From Ostreococcus lucimarinus (taxonomy: Eukaryota), in NCBI GenBank assembly GCA_000092065.1, contig CP000582.1: a stretch of DNA of 64,000 nt; one strand, written 5' to 3'. The translations under genes were made by a program, and so were the position numbers. Every line of letters begins with the position of its first letter. The stretch's first letter is position 1. The notes under the pieces were generated by a model. It was not told the origin of the DNA. It did no database searches and worked only from the letters and a program-made list of their open reading frames with translations. Shown here in pieces: positions 45,413-55,436 of the stretch.

Positions 45413-48040
45413 ATGGCGCGAACGCCTCGCGCGGCGCGCGCGTCGACGGCGCGTCGGGAGACGGAAGACGCGACGCCGCGCGCGGGAAACGACGACGACG
45501 CGATGGCGGCGGCGGCGCGCGCGGAAAACGACGACGCGCGCAGGCTCGGTGGCGGCGCGCTGGCGTCCGCGACGTCCGGGACGTTCGCGATGAAAGATAG
45601 CGTGCTGATCACGCCCGCGAGGGAGTGCCTGCGCGCGCACGACGTCGAGGGCGGTGGACGAGGGCGACGCGTCGTCGTCGCGCGCGGGGCGGAGCAGACG
45701 TGCGCGTGCGCGTCGCCGTATTCGCAGACGCACGTCGTCACGGGGAGCGCGGACGGGACGCTGAGCGTGTGGGACGTGGAAACGAAGAAAACGGTGCGGA
45801 GTTATGCGTTTCCGTGCGCGATATACGATGTGGTGTATCCAGGAGGGGAGAGCGGGAAGGATTACGCGTACGTATCGGCGAGCGCGCGCGAGGACGGCGG
45901 CGGACGCGTGTACAAGGTGAGTTTATCTAAAGGGAAGATTGTGGAGAAGTTAGGAAAGACGTCGAGACCGTGCAAGTTAGTCGCGAGCGCCAGTGGCGCG
46001 TTCGTGGCGTGCGTGGAACGACGAACCATGTACGTGTGGGGGGTGGGCAAGGATCGCGTAGGCGTCGCCTCTCGCGCGTTGCGCGTTCATCACACCAAGG
46101 GCGTCACCGCGCTCGCGTTCTCGCACGATGACGAGATCTTAGCCGCCGGGGACTCGAGCGGAAGAATTGTGATGTGGCACGGATTCGCGCGCGCCGTGCG
46201 CAAATTACAAAGCGAGGCGCAGGGCGAGGAAACTGAGGTCAAGGGCGACGCGTTGCCGAGCACGACGTCGCACTGGCACTCTCGCGCCGTCGGGTGCTTG
46301 CACTTTTCCGCGGACGGCGCGCATTTGTTTTCCGGCGGTGAAGAGGCGGTGTTGGTGATTTGGACGGTGAAAGACGGGAAAAAGACATATTTACCGCGTT
46401 TAGGCGCGCCGTTGACGAAAATTGTGGCGCGACGCGAAGATCCCTCGCGACTGGCGCTCTTCGGTTCGGACAACGCCTTGCGACTGGTGAACGTCGCGTC
46501 GATGACCGTTGAAGGGACTATTCAGGGCGTGCGTCCACCCGTACTTGATGCAAAATCGACAAAGAGCGCCGATGGCGTGGCGTACGCGTCCGTAGTCGCG
46601 TATGATCCTCGCGCGGATGTGCTCGCGTTTTCCGCCGCCGGCGCCGCGTTGCAGTTTTACGACTACGCGCGAGACAACCACATCGCCGATCTCGCGGTAG
46701 CGCCGAGAAACTACGTCAACACGAGCGGAGAAGAAGACTCGCCGCTAGAATCACACGTCGCACACGCGTCGTTTTCGCGCGATGGGCGCGTGCTCGTCAC
46801 CGTGGACAGACGCAGCGATCAACCGCCGTCGGTGACGAGCGCGATTGAGGAGACGCTGAAAATTTGGGAGCGTCTTGACACGACGGATGAAGACGAGAAC
46901 GCCGACGTCGTCGTTCCTGGTGGCGCATTCACGTGCGTGGCGCAGTGCGAAATACCTCACAAAGGTTTGATCACGTCCGTCGGCGTACGGCCGAGCGCGC
47001 ACAGCCTCGAGGAGTCCATGGCGTTCACCGCCGGCGTCGAGGGGGAGGTGAAGATTTGGATCCCGAACGGTCGAGTTTCGCGAGGCGGCGAGCACGCGGG
47101 ATGGAGATGCCGATCGAGCGCCTCACATCCGAGTGGATCAGCGATCACGTGCGGCGCGTTCAGCGCCGACGGCTCTATTCTCGCCACGGCGGCGAATGAA
47201 ATAGTGCTCTGGGATCCCAAGACGAACGCCAAGCTCGCGACGTTGACAATGCCGAAGTCGTCGCCAGATGGGGAGCCCGAGAACCCAATCAAAGCGGTTG
47301 CATTCAGCGCTGATGAGCCTCTATTCGCCGCCTGCGACGGAACGACGCTGGTGTTTTGGAATTTGCAAACTTTACAGCCATGGCGCGTCTACTCGGCGCC
47401 GTGCGTCGATTTGTTCGCGCATCCGTCTGTGGCGATGTTTGTCGCTGTATTCGCGCCGCAGCGATCGAGCGAAGATGTCGAAGGTGTTGAAAACGCTGCC
47501 GTCGTCGTGCGATTCACCGGTCGGGACGCCACGCCCGCGAGTGCGTACGCGTGCCGCGACGGCGCGCCGGAAGCGGTGATTTTCCCGCCGGGCGATCGCT
47601 CCGACCGCGCCGCCGCCGCGACGTCGCTCGAGTCTTCGACGCCGATGCTCGTCATCACGCGCGACAGACAAATCATACGAGTAGGTGCTGAGACGAACCG
47701 CGAGGCGCGCGTGCGAGACGATATGGATATCGACCTTAAGCTCGCGACAAAGACGTTCCCGGGCGGCGTCGCCGTCGTCGGCGCGCCCGCGAACCCGCAG
47801 TTGAAGGAATACCTCGCCGACACCGAAGCGAGCGTTCGTGCGCTCAATCTCAGCACTGAAGACGACGACGATGTTCCAGCGCACGAGCGCGTCATCGGCG
47901 GCGCGCTTCAAGGCGTGGGTAAGATGCCTTGGGGCGCGCTCTTCGACTCGCCCTCGCACGAGTTGCCCCCGCTCACGACGCTGTGCCCGCGTTTCATGGA
48001 CGCCATGCTCGTGCGACAGGCCAAACCCGACGCGGAATGA
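45413..48040 (+). CDS. WD40-repeat protein, probably an SSU-processome/U3 snoRNP (UTP-like) component
   Basis: ATG verified at 45413. Multiple WD repeats (HVVTGSADGTLSVWDVETKK, ILAAGDSSGRIVMWH, HLFSGGEEAVLVIWTVKDGK, ILATAANEIVLWDPK, LFAACDGTTLVFWNLQT). About 875 aa. The family subtype is an inference. Confidence 0.7.
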   Translation: MARTPRAARASTARRETEDATPRAGNDDDAMAAAARAENDDARRLGGGALASATSGTFAMKDSVLITPARECLRAHDVEGGGRGRRVVVARGAEQTCACASPYSQTHVVTGSADGTLSVWDVETKKTVRSYAFPCAIYDVVYPGGESGKDYAYVSASAREDGGGRVYKVSLSKGKIVEKLGKTSRPCKLVASASGAFVACVERRTMYVWGVGKDRVGVASRALRVHHTKGVTALAFSHDDEILAAGDSSGRIVMWHGFARAVRKLQSEAQGEETEVKGDALPSTTSHWHSRAVGCLHFSADGAHLFSGGEEAVLVIWTVKDGKKTYLPRLGAPLTKIVARREDPSRLALFGSDNALRLVNVASMTVEGTIQGVRPPVLDAKSTKSADGVAYASVVAYDPRADVLAFSAAGAALQFYDYARDNHIADLAVAPRNYVNTSGEEDSPLESHVAHASFSRDGRVLVTVDRRSDQPPSVTSAIEETLKIWERLDTTDEDENADVVVPGGAFTCVAQCEIPHKGLITSVGVRPSAHSLEESMAFTAGVEGEVKIWIPNGRVSRGGEHAGWRCRSSASHPSGSAITCGAFSADGSILATAANEIVLWDPKTNAKLATLTMPKSSPDGEPENPIKAVAFSADEPLFAACDGTTLVFWNLQTLQPWRVYSAPCVDLFAHPSVAMFVAVFAPQRSSEDVEGVENAAVVVRFTGRDATPASAYACRDGAPEAVIFPPGDRSDRAAAATSLESSTPMLVITRDRQIIRVGAETNREARVRDDMDIDLKLATKTFPGGVAVVGAPANPQLKEYLADTEASVRALNLSTEDDDDVPAHERVIGGALQGVGKMPWGALFDSPSHELPPLTTLCPRFMDAMLVRQAKPDAE

Positions 48041-48134
48041 TTCGACTATGACGAACGAAGAAAAACGTTTAATCACCACATTAGCTACGTAGTGTCTTCT
48101 CTCGTCTCACAACAAAGTCTAAGCGTAAATGAGT

Positions 48135-48446
48135 TTACTTTGGGTTACGCAGCACCAAAATCACCGAATCGCCTCGTAAAAACATCTTGGAGATGAATCG
48201 ATCTTTATTCACCGGTTTCGCCTTCGCCGCCCCCTTCCCCGTCTTCGGCACCTCAGTCCAAATCTCCTTCACGTTTTCCAGCACCATGTTACAGTGTCGA
48301 TCGAACGCCTTGACGCGCGCCAAGAGCTTGCGATTGTTTCTACAATTGATCAAAACCTGCGTGTTCGCCTTCACCGACGCCGTGAGCACGCTCAGCGGCC
48401 CGGTGACGAACTCATTCTCTTCCTTATCGCCGTCTCTCGCGTCCAT
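48135..48446 (-). CDS. SNRPD2: small nuclear ribonucleoprotein Sm D2
   Basis: [57 protein letters not shown]...[22 protein letters not shown] is near-identical in pattern to SmD2. CAT verified at 48444-48446. Confidence 0.9.
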   Translation of the reverse strand: MDARDGDKEENEFVTGPLSVLTASVKANTQVLINCRNNRKLLARVKAFDRHCNMVLENVKEIWTEVPKTGKGAAKAKPVNKDRFISKMFLRGDSVILVLRNPK

Positions 48447-49278
48447 CGTCGACGACGCTCGCTCGTCGTTCGTTTCGCGTCGCCGCGCGGTGGATTCGGA
48501 CGCACTGACCTAACGTCCTCCTCGCGCGCGCGCGTTCGAGGGTCCTCCTCGCGCGCGCGGGACGTCGGGACGTCGGGACGGGGGCGTGGACGCGAGGTCG
48601 GGCTCGGACCTCGATCGTCGGCGCGTTCGAGTGCGGACGCGCGGCGCGGAACGCTCGTCTCGAGGGCGCCGTCGGATTTTCGCGATCTTCGCCCCGGCGT
48701 CGGCGCGTCCGCGCTCGATCAAAGTTTGCAGCGCTTTTCGGCGCCGACGATGGGCTGTCCACGCGTGGGCAAACAGTCCGAAACGCGGTCGGTCGCCCAT
48801 CGTCGACGCCGACGCCACGTCCGCGCGTCGGCGCCGCGCGTCGCCGCACATCGCGATCGGCGCGCGGCGCGACGGCGACGTGCGGCGTCGACGGCGCGCG
48901 TCGACGCGAAGCGCATCGTCATCACCGCCGTCACCGCGCGCGCGCGAAGAGCGCCTCGAAGCGCCGTCGCGGCGTCGCTCGCGCGCGTCGCATCGCGCGC
49001 GCGCATTGTCGCGCCGTCGCCGCGCGCGCTTTTCGCGGCGTCGATCGCGGGGCGCTCTTCGCGCGCGCGAGGGCGCGACGACGACGACGCGCGTCGGAAA
49101 CGGACGAGGGAAATATCACCGCGCGGTGCGCGGCGATCGCGCACGGGGGGGGCGACGCGCGCGCGGCATCGCTCGCGAACGACGCGTCGGTGTCGTTCGA
49201 ACTCCACTGGACGATCGGCGGATTGATTTGATTTGATTGATCGATCGATCGATTCGGATCGCGCGGACGACGATCGCG

Positions 49279-50888
49279 ATGGCGAGGGACGCGCGTCGGA
49301 CGAGCTCGCGGCTGAGCGGACAGGGCGCGCGCGCGCCCGACGCGGCGACGGGGACGAAGACGACGCGGGCGTCGACGCGGGTTCAATCGACGACGGCGAC
49401 GGACGCGAGTCGCGACGACGCCGGTCGCGACGAGCACGGCGGTGCGGCGGGAGAGGATGGAACGGTGGTGAACGTTCCGAGACGCGCGCGAACGGGTGCG
49501 TGCGCGCGCGCGCGCGCTCGAGATGCTTCGACGACGACGCGACGCGAGAATCGGCGCGAGCGGCGACTGACGACGACGATTTTTACGTACGACGAATAGC
49601 GACTCGGCGGAGACTGCGAAAAAGCGATCCGGCCGTCGGAGAGGGGGGTGGTGATGGCGACGAAGGGGCGATAGGGATTGGTGGCGCCAGCGCCGGCGGT
49701 GAGGCGCGCGATGGAGCGAAGACGGCGGAGAAGAAGCGAGCGGACGCTCGAGACGGTAGAGGCGGCGCGCGCGCCGGCGCCAAGCGACGCGAGGCGGAAA
49801 AGAAGTCGACGGCGACGACGGTGAAACCAAGAAGTAGGAAAAATGGAGGCGTCAACACGAAGGAACGCGAAATCGCGGAGGCATTGTTCGATCTCGCCAC
49901 GCTCGCTGCGGACGTAGACAGAGAGACGGAGGCGTCGGCGGGCGAGAAGAACGGGAAGCGAAAACGCAGCCGAACGACGAAGAAAGTAGCGGGCGCGATG
50001 TTTACGGCAACGACGACAACGACGACGAATGGGGGGCTCACGAACGCGAGCGCGGGTACGGGATACGGGATGCACGCGGCTGCCGGTTTCGGCGCCGGCT
50101 TGGGACTGCAGTTTTCTTCGGCGTTTCCGCCGCCGCCCGTCGGATACTTCGGCGGATCGCACGGCGTGAATCCATACGGAATTTCCTTACCTCGACCGAA
50201 AAACGCCGCTTTGCACGTTTACATTTCTCATTTCATCGATTACACGCAGCAAGTGGTGCGTCAGACGGCGCCGGCGCTGGACGCCGGAGTCGACGACGTC
50301 GCGCGCGACACGTCGCAGGCGGGTGATCCGAGCACGTCCACCGCGCACGCACGCTTTCCAGGCGCTTTCTGTGGTCCGTTCCCACCGCTCATGAACCCGC
50401 ACGTAATGGCTGCATTACTTTCCACGCAGCCGGTGATGGCGGGCGTCGGGGGCGGCGACGGCGGCGGCGGCGGCGGCGGCGGTGGAGGAGGAGGAGGAGG
50501 AGGAGGAGGAGGAGGAGCGCCGGATCCGCAGCAAGCGCAACAGCAATTTCAACTGTTGAATATGATGATGCGGCAAACCGCGGCGTTTCCGATGTTTGGT
50601 GCGGGATTTCCCGCACCTCCAGGCGCGTCGACCGCTGGTGACGTGATGGGCGTGCCGGTGTTTCCTCCCGTGGGAGACAACCCCATGATGATGGCGATGA
50701 TGGGCGCGTCGATGCCGCCTCACGTGTTGGAGGCGATGAACGCGATGGCGCAGCAACAACAGCTACAGCAGCAACACGACCAAATTCAAGCGCCTGTGGG
50801 TGATAAGCTGCCTGCGGCTGCGGCTGCGGCTGCGGCTGCGGCTGCGGAAGTCAAGGTTGAACCGCCCGTCGCCGCGGCGCTGTCGTGA
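49279..50888 (+). CDS. hypothetical low-complexity (Gly/Ala/Gln/Met/Pro-rich) protein, possibly two exons
   Basis: Track ORF 49233..50888. Downstream part has EREIAEALFDLATLAAD, GKRKRSRTTKK, poly-T, poly-G (15 x GGN), poly-Q and poly-A runs. Possible intron 49496..49600 (GTGCGTGCGCGC donor, GGCGACTGACGACG branch, TAG acceptor), with exon 1 from ATG 49279 in the matching phase. Exon 1 is weakly supported because its sequence is low-complexity. Confidence 0.4.
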
Positions 50889-51146
50889 GCTGCGAGCGCC
50901 GAATGTATTTTCACGCGGTACGAACGAACGAACGATGAGCATGTATATTGAGCAAACCTTAGTTCAGCATTACTACTAGAGCGAAACGCGCGATATCGAT
51001 ATAATTACACCACTCTGTAGACCACCCAAAGGGACAAACGGCCCGTCCTCCTCCTTCGCCGCAGGCTAGGTTTTAGCTTCGGGTCTTTTCGTCGCCCGAC
51101 CCATCCGCCGTCGCGTCATACCGCGCCGCCGTACGCGACGACGACG

Positions 51147-52205
51147 ATGATCGCCCCCCAAGCGCAGCTCACGATGCGCGCGTCTTTGGCGCCGCGCCCT
51201 TGCTCGCAAACCACCACCAACGCGCGCTCGCAACCGTCGCGCGGCGCCCTTCAAGTCGTCGGCGCGGCGACCAAGGCGAAGAAGAATCGCGACCTCGAGC
51301 GATTGCGCGAGCTCGCGAGCGCGGAAGAGACGTTTTTGGTGGCTGGGTTCAACTACAAGGGGTTGACGGTACGTGTGACAGCGGCGCACGCGCGATCCTA
51401 TCGCGTCGCGCGGTCGAGGACGCGCGAAGACGCGTTCGGATGACGCCGCGCGCGACGACGACGTCGTCGCGGGTTATCGAGAGGGATGCCCTTTAGCGCG
51501 CGTTCGTGGCGCCGCGACGACGCCGACGGCGTTCAAGACGAAAGCGTCGCGATAAATAAAATCGCCACGCCCTTTGGTGCCCCGTTCGCCGGCGTAAGAG
51601 CGTCGAGGCGCGCGCAAAGGCGCGGGGCGCGTCGACGATGGGGCTCGCAGGGTTTTAGGGCTAGGTCGCGGGCGTGCGGGCGTCTCGCCGAGGCCGAGGC
51701 CGAGTATTGGGCGCGTTGAGAGGTCGAAGACTGACGGAAATGCGCTCGTTTCGATGAACAGGTCAAGGACATGATCACGTTTCGCCGAGCTTTGCCGGAA
51801 GGAAGCCACATCATGGTTGCCAAGAACACGCTCTTGCGCAAGGCGTTGGAAGGCACGGCGTTTGAGCCCCTCTCCGAGTGCTCGACTGGGATGAACGCGT
51901 GGGTTTTTGTGGATGAAAACGTTGCGCCGACGATGAAAGCGGTGAAGGCGCTCACCAAGGTCTGGAACAAGGCTGGTAAGGAGGTTGCGTTCACGGGTGC
52001 GTGCATGGACGGTCAATTCATCGCCGCGAACAAGATTGAGCCGCTCGAAAACTTGCCGACGAAGATTGATCTCATCACCAAAATTGCGGTCGGTATCAAG
52101 CAAGTGCCGACTAAGCTCGCGCGTGGTACCAAGGGTAATGCCAACAAGCTTGGTTACGCGGCGAAGGCGATCGCTGAAGGTAAGAGCGATCTTATCCAAG
52201 CGTAG
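51147..52205 (+). CDS. rpl10: organellar (bacterial-type) ribosomal protein uL10 precursor; two exons
   Basis: join(51147..51368,51762..52205). Exon 1 (ATG verified) is a transit-peptide-like MIAPQAQLTMRASLAPRPCSQ...FLVAGFNYKGLT, followed by GTACGTGTGACAG. Branch GAAGACTGACGG at about 51729, acceptor CAG at 51759-51761. Exon 2 starts VKDMITFRRALPEGSHIMVAKNTLLRKALEGTAFEPL. The spliced junction KGLT/VKDMITFRRA..MVAKNTLLRKALEGT reproduces E. coli L10 RGVTVDKMTELRKAG..RVVRNTLLRRAVEGT. The track splits it into 51147..51443 and 51771..52205. Confidence 0.8.
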
Positions 52206-52494
52206 GGCGTCTGATTTTGCTCGAAAAATCTCCTTAGTGGCGACGTTTGTATTGAGGCGGCGCGTAGTTAAACTTTCTGTAACATTCGCAGATTAATTAA
52301 ATCACTCGAACAGACACTCGAAATCGCCCAGACAGTTGCGCGCTCGTCGAAATCGCTCTTTCTCAGCGCACTCATCGACGCGACACCCGAGACACGCGAG
52401 GGAGCTTTTGGATTTCACACCTGCCGACGAGGCAGCGCGTTGACCGCGTCATTTCCCCTCGCTGTGGCGCGCCCGGCCCGCAGCGCGCGACCAA

Positions 52495-53397
52495 ATGAGC
52501 GTGAAAACAAAGACAACACCATCGAACGAGAGTTTCGCCGCGGCGTGCGCGAGTTTGGAGCGCGCGATGCGCCGTTTGACGAAAGAAATGACGATTCATA
52601 GTCCCCAGCCAGTGCGGCGACACCGCGACGGCGCGCCTGTGGCGAGACAGAGACTGAGAACTATCGATGGTAATCGTGATCTCGATCCCACACGCGCGGT
52701 GACGACGTCTTCGAGCACGCTGGCGAACGCGAGCACGACGCCGTCGTGGGAAAGCGAGCTCGAATCCGTCGACGCCGACGCCTTCGCGAGCGACACGTCG
52801 CGCGAAACTCGTTTCATGGATGCGGGCACCCGCGCGCGCTCGTCCTCGGATGACGATGAAGGTTACGGCGCTCATACCGCGACCGCCCGCGAAGTGCGAC
52901 GTTTGGAGAGCAAGTGTGCGCGATTGGAAGCGACGGTTTCGACGCTGCGCGACGCGCTCGAGGCGAGGTCGCGCTCAGAAGAAAAGCGACACATGACGTC
53001 CACATCGGGAGACAACGTGGTGCACGACGCGCTCGTGAGTGAGATAGTGGCGCTTCGTCAACGCGTGACGAGGGCGAACGTTGAACGCGAGCGATTGATA
53101 GAAATGAGCAACGATTTACGCGCGGCGCTGAAGCGGAACACGACGACTACGACTGTCGGTCCGTCTTCGTCACCGATTCACGCCAAGTCTCCGACGAAGA
53201 CCACCAGCGCGATCCCGCTCGTCGAGGCGACGCCGGCGGTGCGACCGATCGATTCGCGTGTGAAAATGCTTTCGTCGTCTTCGAGTGAACGCGAGACGCA
53301 GAGTCAGAAGGTGAAGCTGAAGAGAGCGATTCGACGAGCCAAGGAGCTGCGCAGCGCGGCTCCAGGACTCGTCGTTCGCAACTGGAATCGCACGTAG
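52495..53397 (+). CDS. hypothetical coiled-coil protein
   Basis: ATG verified at 52495. Ser/Thr-rich N-terminus and a central coiled coil (EVRRLESKCARLEATVSTLRDALEARSRSEEK...ALRQRVTRANVERERLIEMSNDLRAALK). No family recognised. Confidence 0.5.
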   Translation: MSVKTKTTPSNESFAAACASLERAMRRLTKEMTIHSPQPVRRHRDGAPVARQRLRTIDGNRDLDPTRAVTTSSSTLANASTTPSWESELESVDADAFASDTSRETRFMDAGTRARSSSDDDEGYGAHTATAREVRRLESKCARLEATVSTLRDALEARSRSEEKRHMTSTSGDNVVHDALVSEIVALRQRVTRANVERERLIEMSNDLRAALKRNTTTTTVGPSSSPIHAKSPTKTTSAIPLVEATPAVRPIDSRVKMLSSSSSERETQSQKVKLKRAIRRAKELRSAAPGLVVRNWNRT

Positions 53398-53536
53398 TAG
53401 TTTCGTTAGTGTGTACAAGTGTGTACTCGTCTTTCGCAACTGGAATCGCACGTAGTAGTTTCGTTAGTGTGTATCAATAAAATGTTTGTGTCTGCGTGTG
53501 CGCGAAGAGCTGCTAAATACTAATAATCATTCATAA

Positions 53537-54865
53537 TTACGCCGTGCCGTCAGTGAAAGTCCACATCGCACCCTTGCCTTCGCCGCGCTTCTCGACAGCG
53601 ACGCACTTGGACGCGACGCGCATCATTGCCGCCCAAATCGGCGTCGGGTCATACAAATAGTACTCCGGATACTTCGTCTTCAACGCCTCGGTCGCTTCGA
53701 CCGCCTTGTAGTGCGGAATCGCGCACTCAACGTGGTGCGCCACGTGAGTGGATCCGATGCGGTGGTGTAAGAAGTCAAACACGGGTCCGTACGGGCGGTC
53801 GATCGTCAAGAATGCGCCCTTGATGTACGACCACTCGTCCGCGGCCAAGTGTTGGACGTCCACATCGGTGTGCTGCAACCACGTGTACAAGACGAGCCAA
53901 AAGTTGACAAACAAATACGGTCCCAGGTACAGGGCGACAAACGGAGCCCAACCGCACTGGGCAACCCAGGCGGCGAGAACGCCGACGAACGCGAAAACAC
54001 CAATGTCCGAGTAGTACACTTTCTTCTTCCAGCTTCCCGGGAACAGCTCCAAAGCGCCGGTATTGATGTTAGGCAAGAAATGGTTGGTGACGCCTCTCGC
54101 GCTCCCGCCCGTCGCGCCGGTGAGCAAGTACGCCGGCCAGCCGAAAACCAAGTGGGTGACGAGCTGAAGAATCGCGAACGGGCCCTCACCCAAGTTCTTC
54201 TTCGCCTTGAGGTTCAAGTCACCCTTCAATTCGCCCTTGACGTACGGCACGTGCGTTTCTCCTTCCGTCAAGTGGTTCGTTCGTGAGTGGTGGACAGCGT
54301 GCGACCGCTGCCAGGAAAAGTACGGCACGAGGAGCGCCGAGTGCAACGCGTACCCGACCGCGTCTTGAATGAATCGGTTATCGCTGAACGCGTTATGGCC
54401 GCACTCGTGCGCGATCACCCAGCATCCAGTGGCGATCGTACCGTTCACCGCGGCGTACGCAAGCCACGCCGGCCACCACGCCGCCTGCAACGGCAATGTC
54501 GCCGCGGCGATCAAGCCGCACCCCACCGTCATTGCCGTCGACACCGCGGCGTACATCAACGACTTGGCCGTATCCTTCTTGAAGCATTCATCGGGAATGT
54601 TTGACAACACCGCCGCGCGCGAAGGGAACTCCTTCTTGTGCGGGAACGTGAGCGCCTGTCCCTCCAGCCCGCTCCTGGGAAGATCTTCAAACCCACCGAG
54701 CGCGATCGCGCCCGCGCGTCGGTGCGCCCGTCCGCGCGCATCCGTCGTCGTCGTCGTCGCCGTTCGCGCGATGTATTTACTCGCCATCACGCGTCGCGTC
54801 GACGTCGTCGACGTCGTCATCGCGCGCGTCGCGGCGACCCGCGAGACGTTTGCCGTCGTCATCAT
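53537..54865 (-). CDS. membrane-bound delta-12 (omega-6) fatty acid desaturase, FAD2/FAD6-type
   Basis: Three His boxes: HECGHNAF, WQRSHAVHHSRTNH, HVAHHVECAIPHYKA. Four TM segments. About 80-aa Thr/Ala/Arg-rich N-terminal extension suggesting organelle targeting. MM start at CAT 54860-54865. Confidence 0.85.
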   Translation of the reverse strand: MMTTANVSRVAATRAMTTSTTSTRRVMASKYIARTATTTTTDARGRAHRRAGAIALGGFEDLPRSGLEGQALTFPHKKEFPSRAAVLSNIPDECFKKDTAKSLMYAAVSTAMTVGCGLIAAATLPLQAAWWPAWLAYAAVNGTIATGCWVIAHECGHNAFSDNRFIQDAVGYALHSALLVPYFSWQRSHAVHHSRTNHLTEGETHVPYVKGELKGDLNLKAKKNLGEGPFAILQLVTHLVFGWPAYLLTGATGGSARGVTNHFLPNINTGALELFPGSWKKKVYYSDIGVFAFVGVLAAWVAQCGWAPFVALYLGPYLFVNFWLVLYTWLQHTDVDVQHLAADEWSYIKGAFLTIDRPYGPVFDFLHHRIGSTHVAHHVECAIPHYKAVEATEALKTKYPEYYLYDPTPIWAAMMRVASKCVAVEKRGEGKGAMWTFTDGTA

Positions 54866-55436
54866 CGTCCTCGTCGTTCGCTATCCGCGTTTGCGTCGTG
54901 CGCGTCGCGTCGAGACGTCCTGGGCGCGCGTGCGTCCTGGGCGCGCGCGATTCTCGCCGTAAAAACTTTGCGTCGCTCGTCGCTCGCGTCGACGTCGGGC
55001 GTCGTTCGCGCGCGCGCGTGTGCGCGACGAACGCGGAGGACCGCGACCGCGAACGCCGCGTGTTCGGACATTCGCAGTCAGAGTTATGTTATGTGAACAT
55101 TCGCAGGCTGATATCGCGTCGCTCCACGCATTCGAGCGCTTTGGATGGCCATCATCGGAGCGCCCGCGATCACGCGGCGACCGACCGACCGACCGCGCCT
55201 CGGCGCGCGCGCCCGCACTGCGTCGCGCCTCGGCGCGCGCGAGTGGTCGATCGAGCGCGCGCGCGCGGCGAACGCGCGTCGGCGAGCGCGCCGCGGGATC
55301 GGCGCGACGCGCGCGCGCGACGGCGGCGCGGCGAATCGACGGCACGCTCGAGCACGCGCCAGACGCGCGGTCGCGGACGCGGGCGCGTCGGTAAGCGTAG
55401 AAGACGTCGGTCGCGACGCGCGCGAGGGCGAGAACG

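Noticed and set aside
51474-52199. 241-aa reverse ORF overlapping uL10
   Set aside because: Antisense to the strongly conserved uL10 exon 2. No recognisable motifs.
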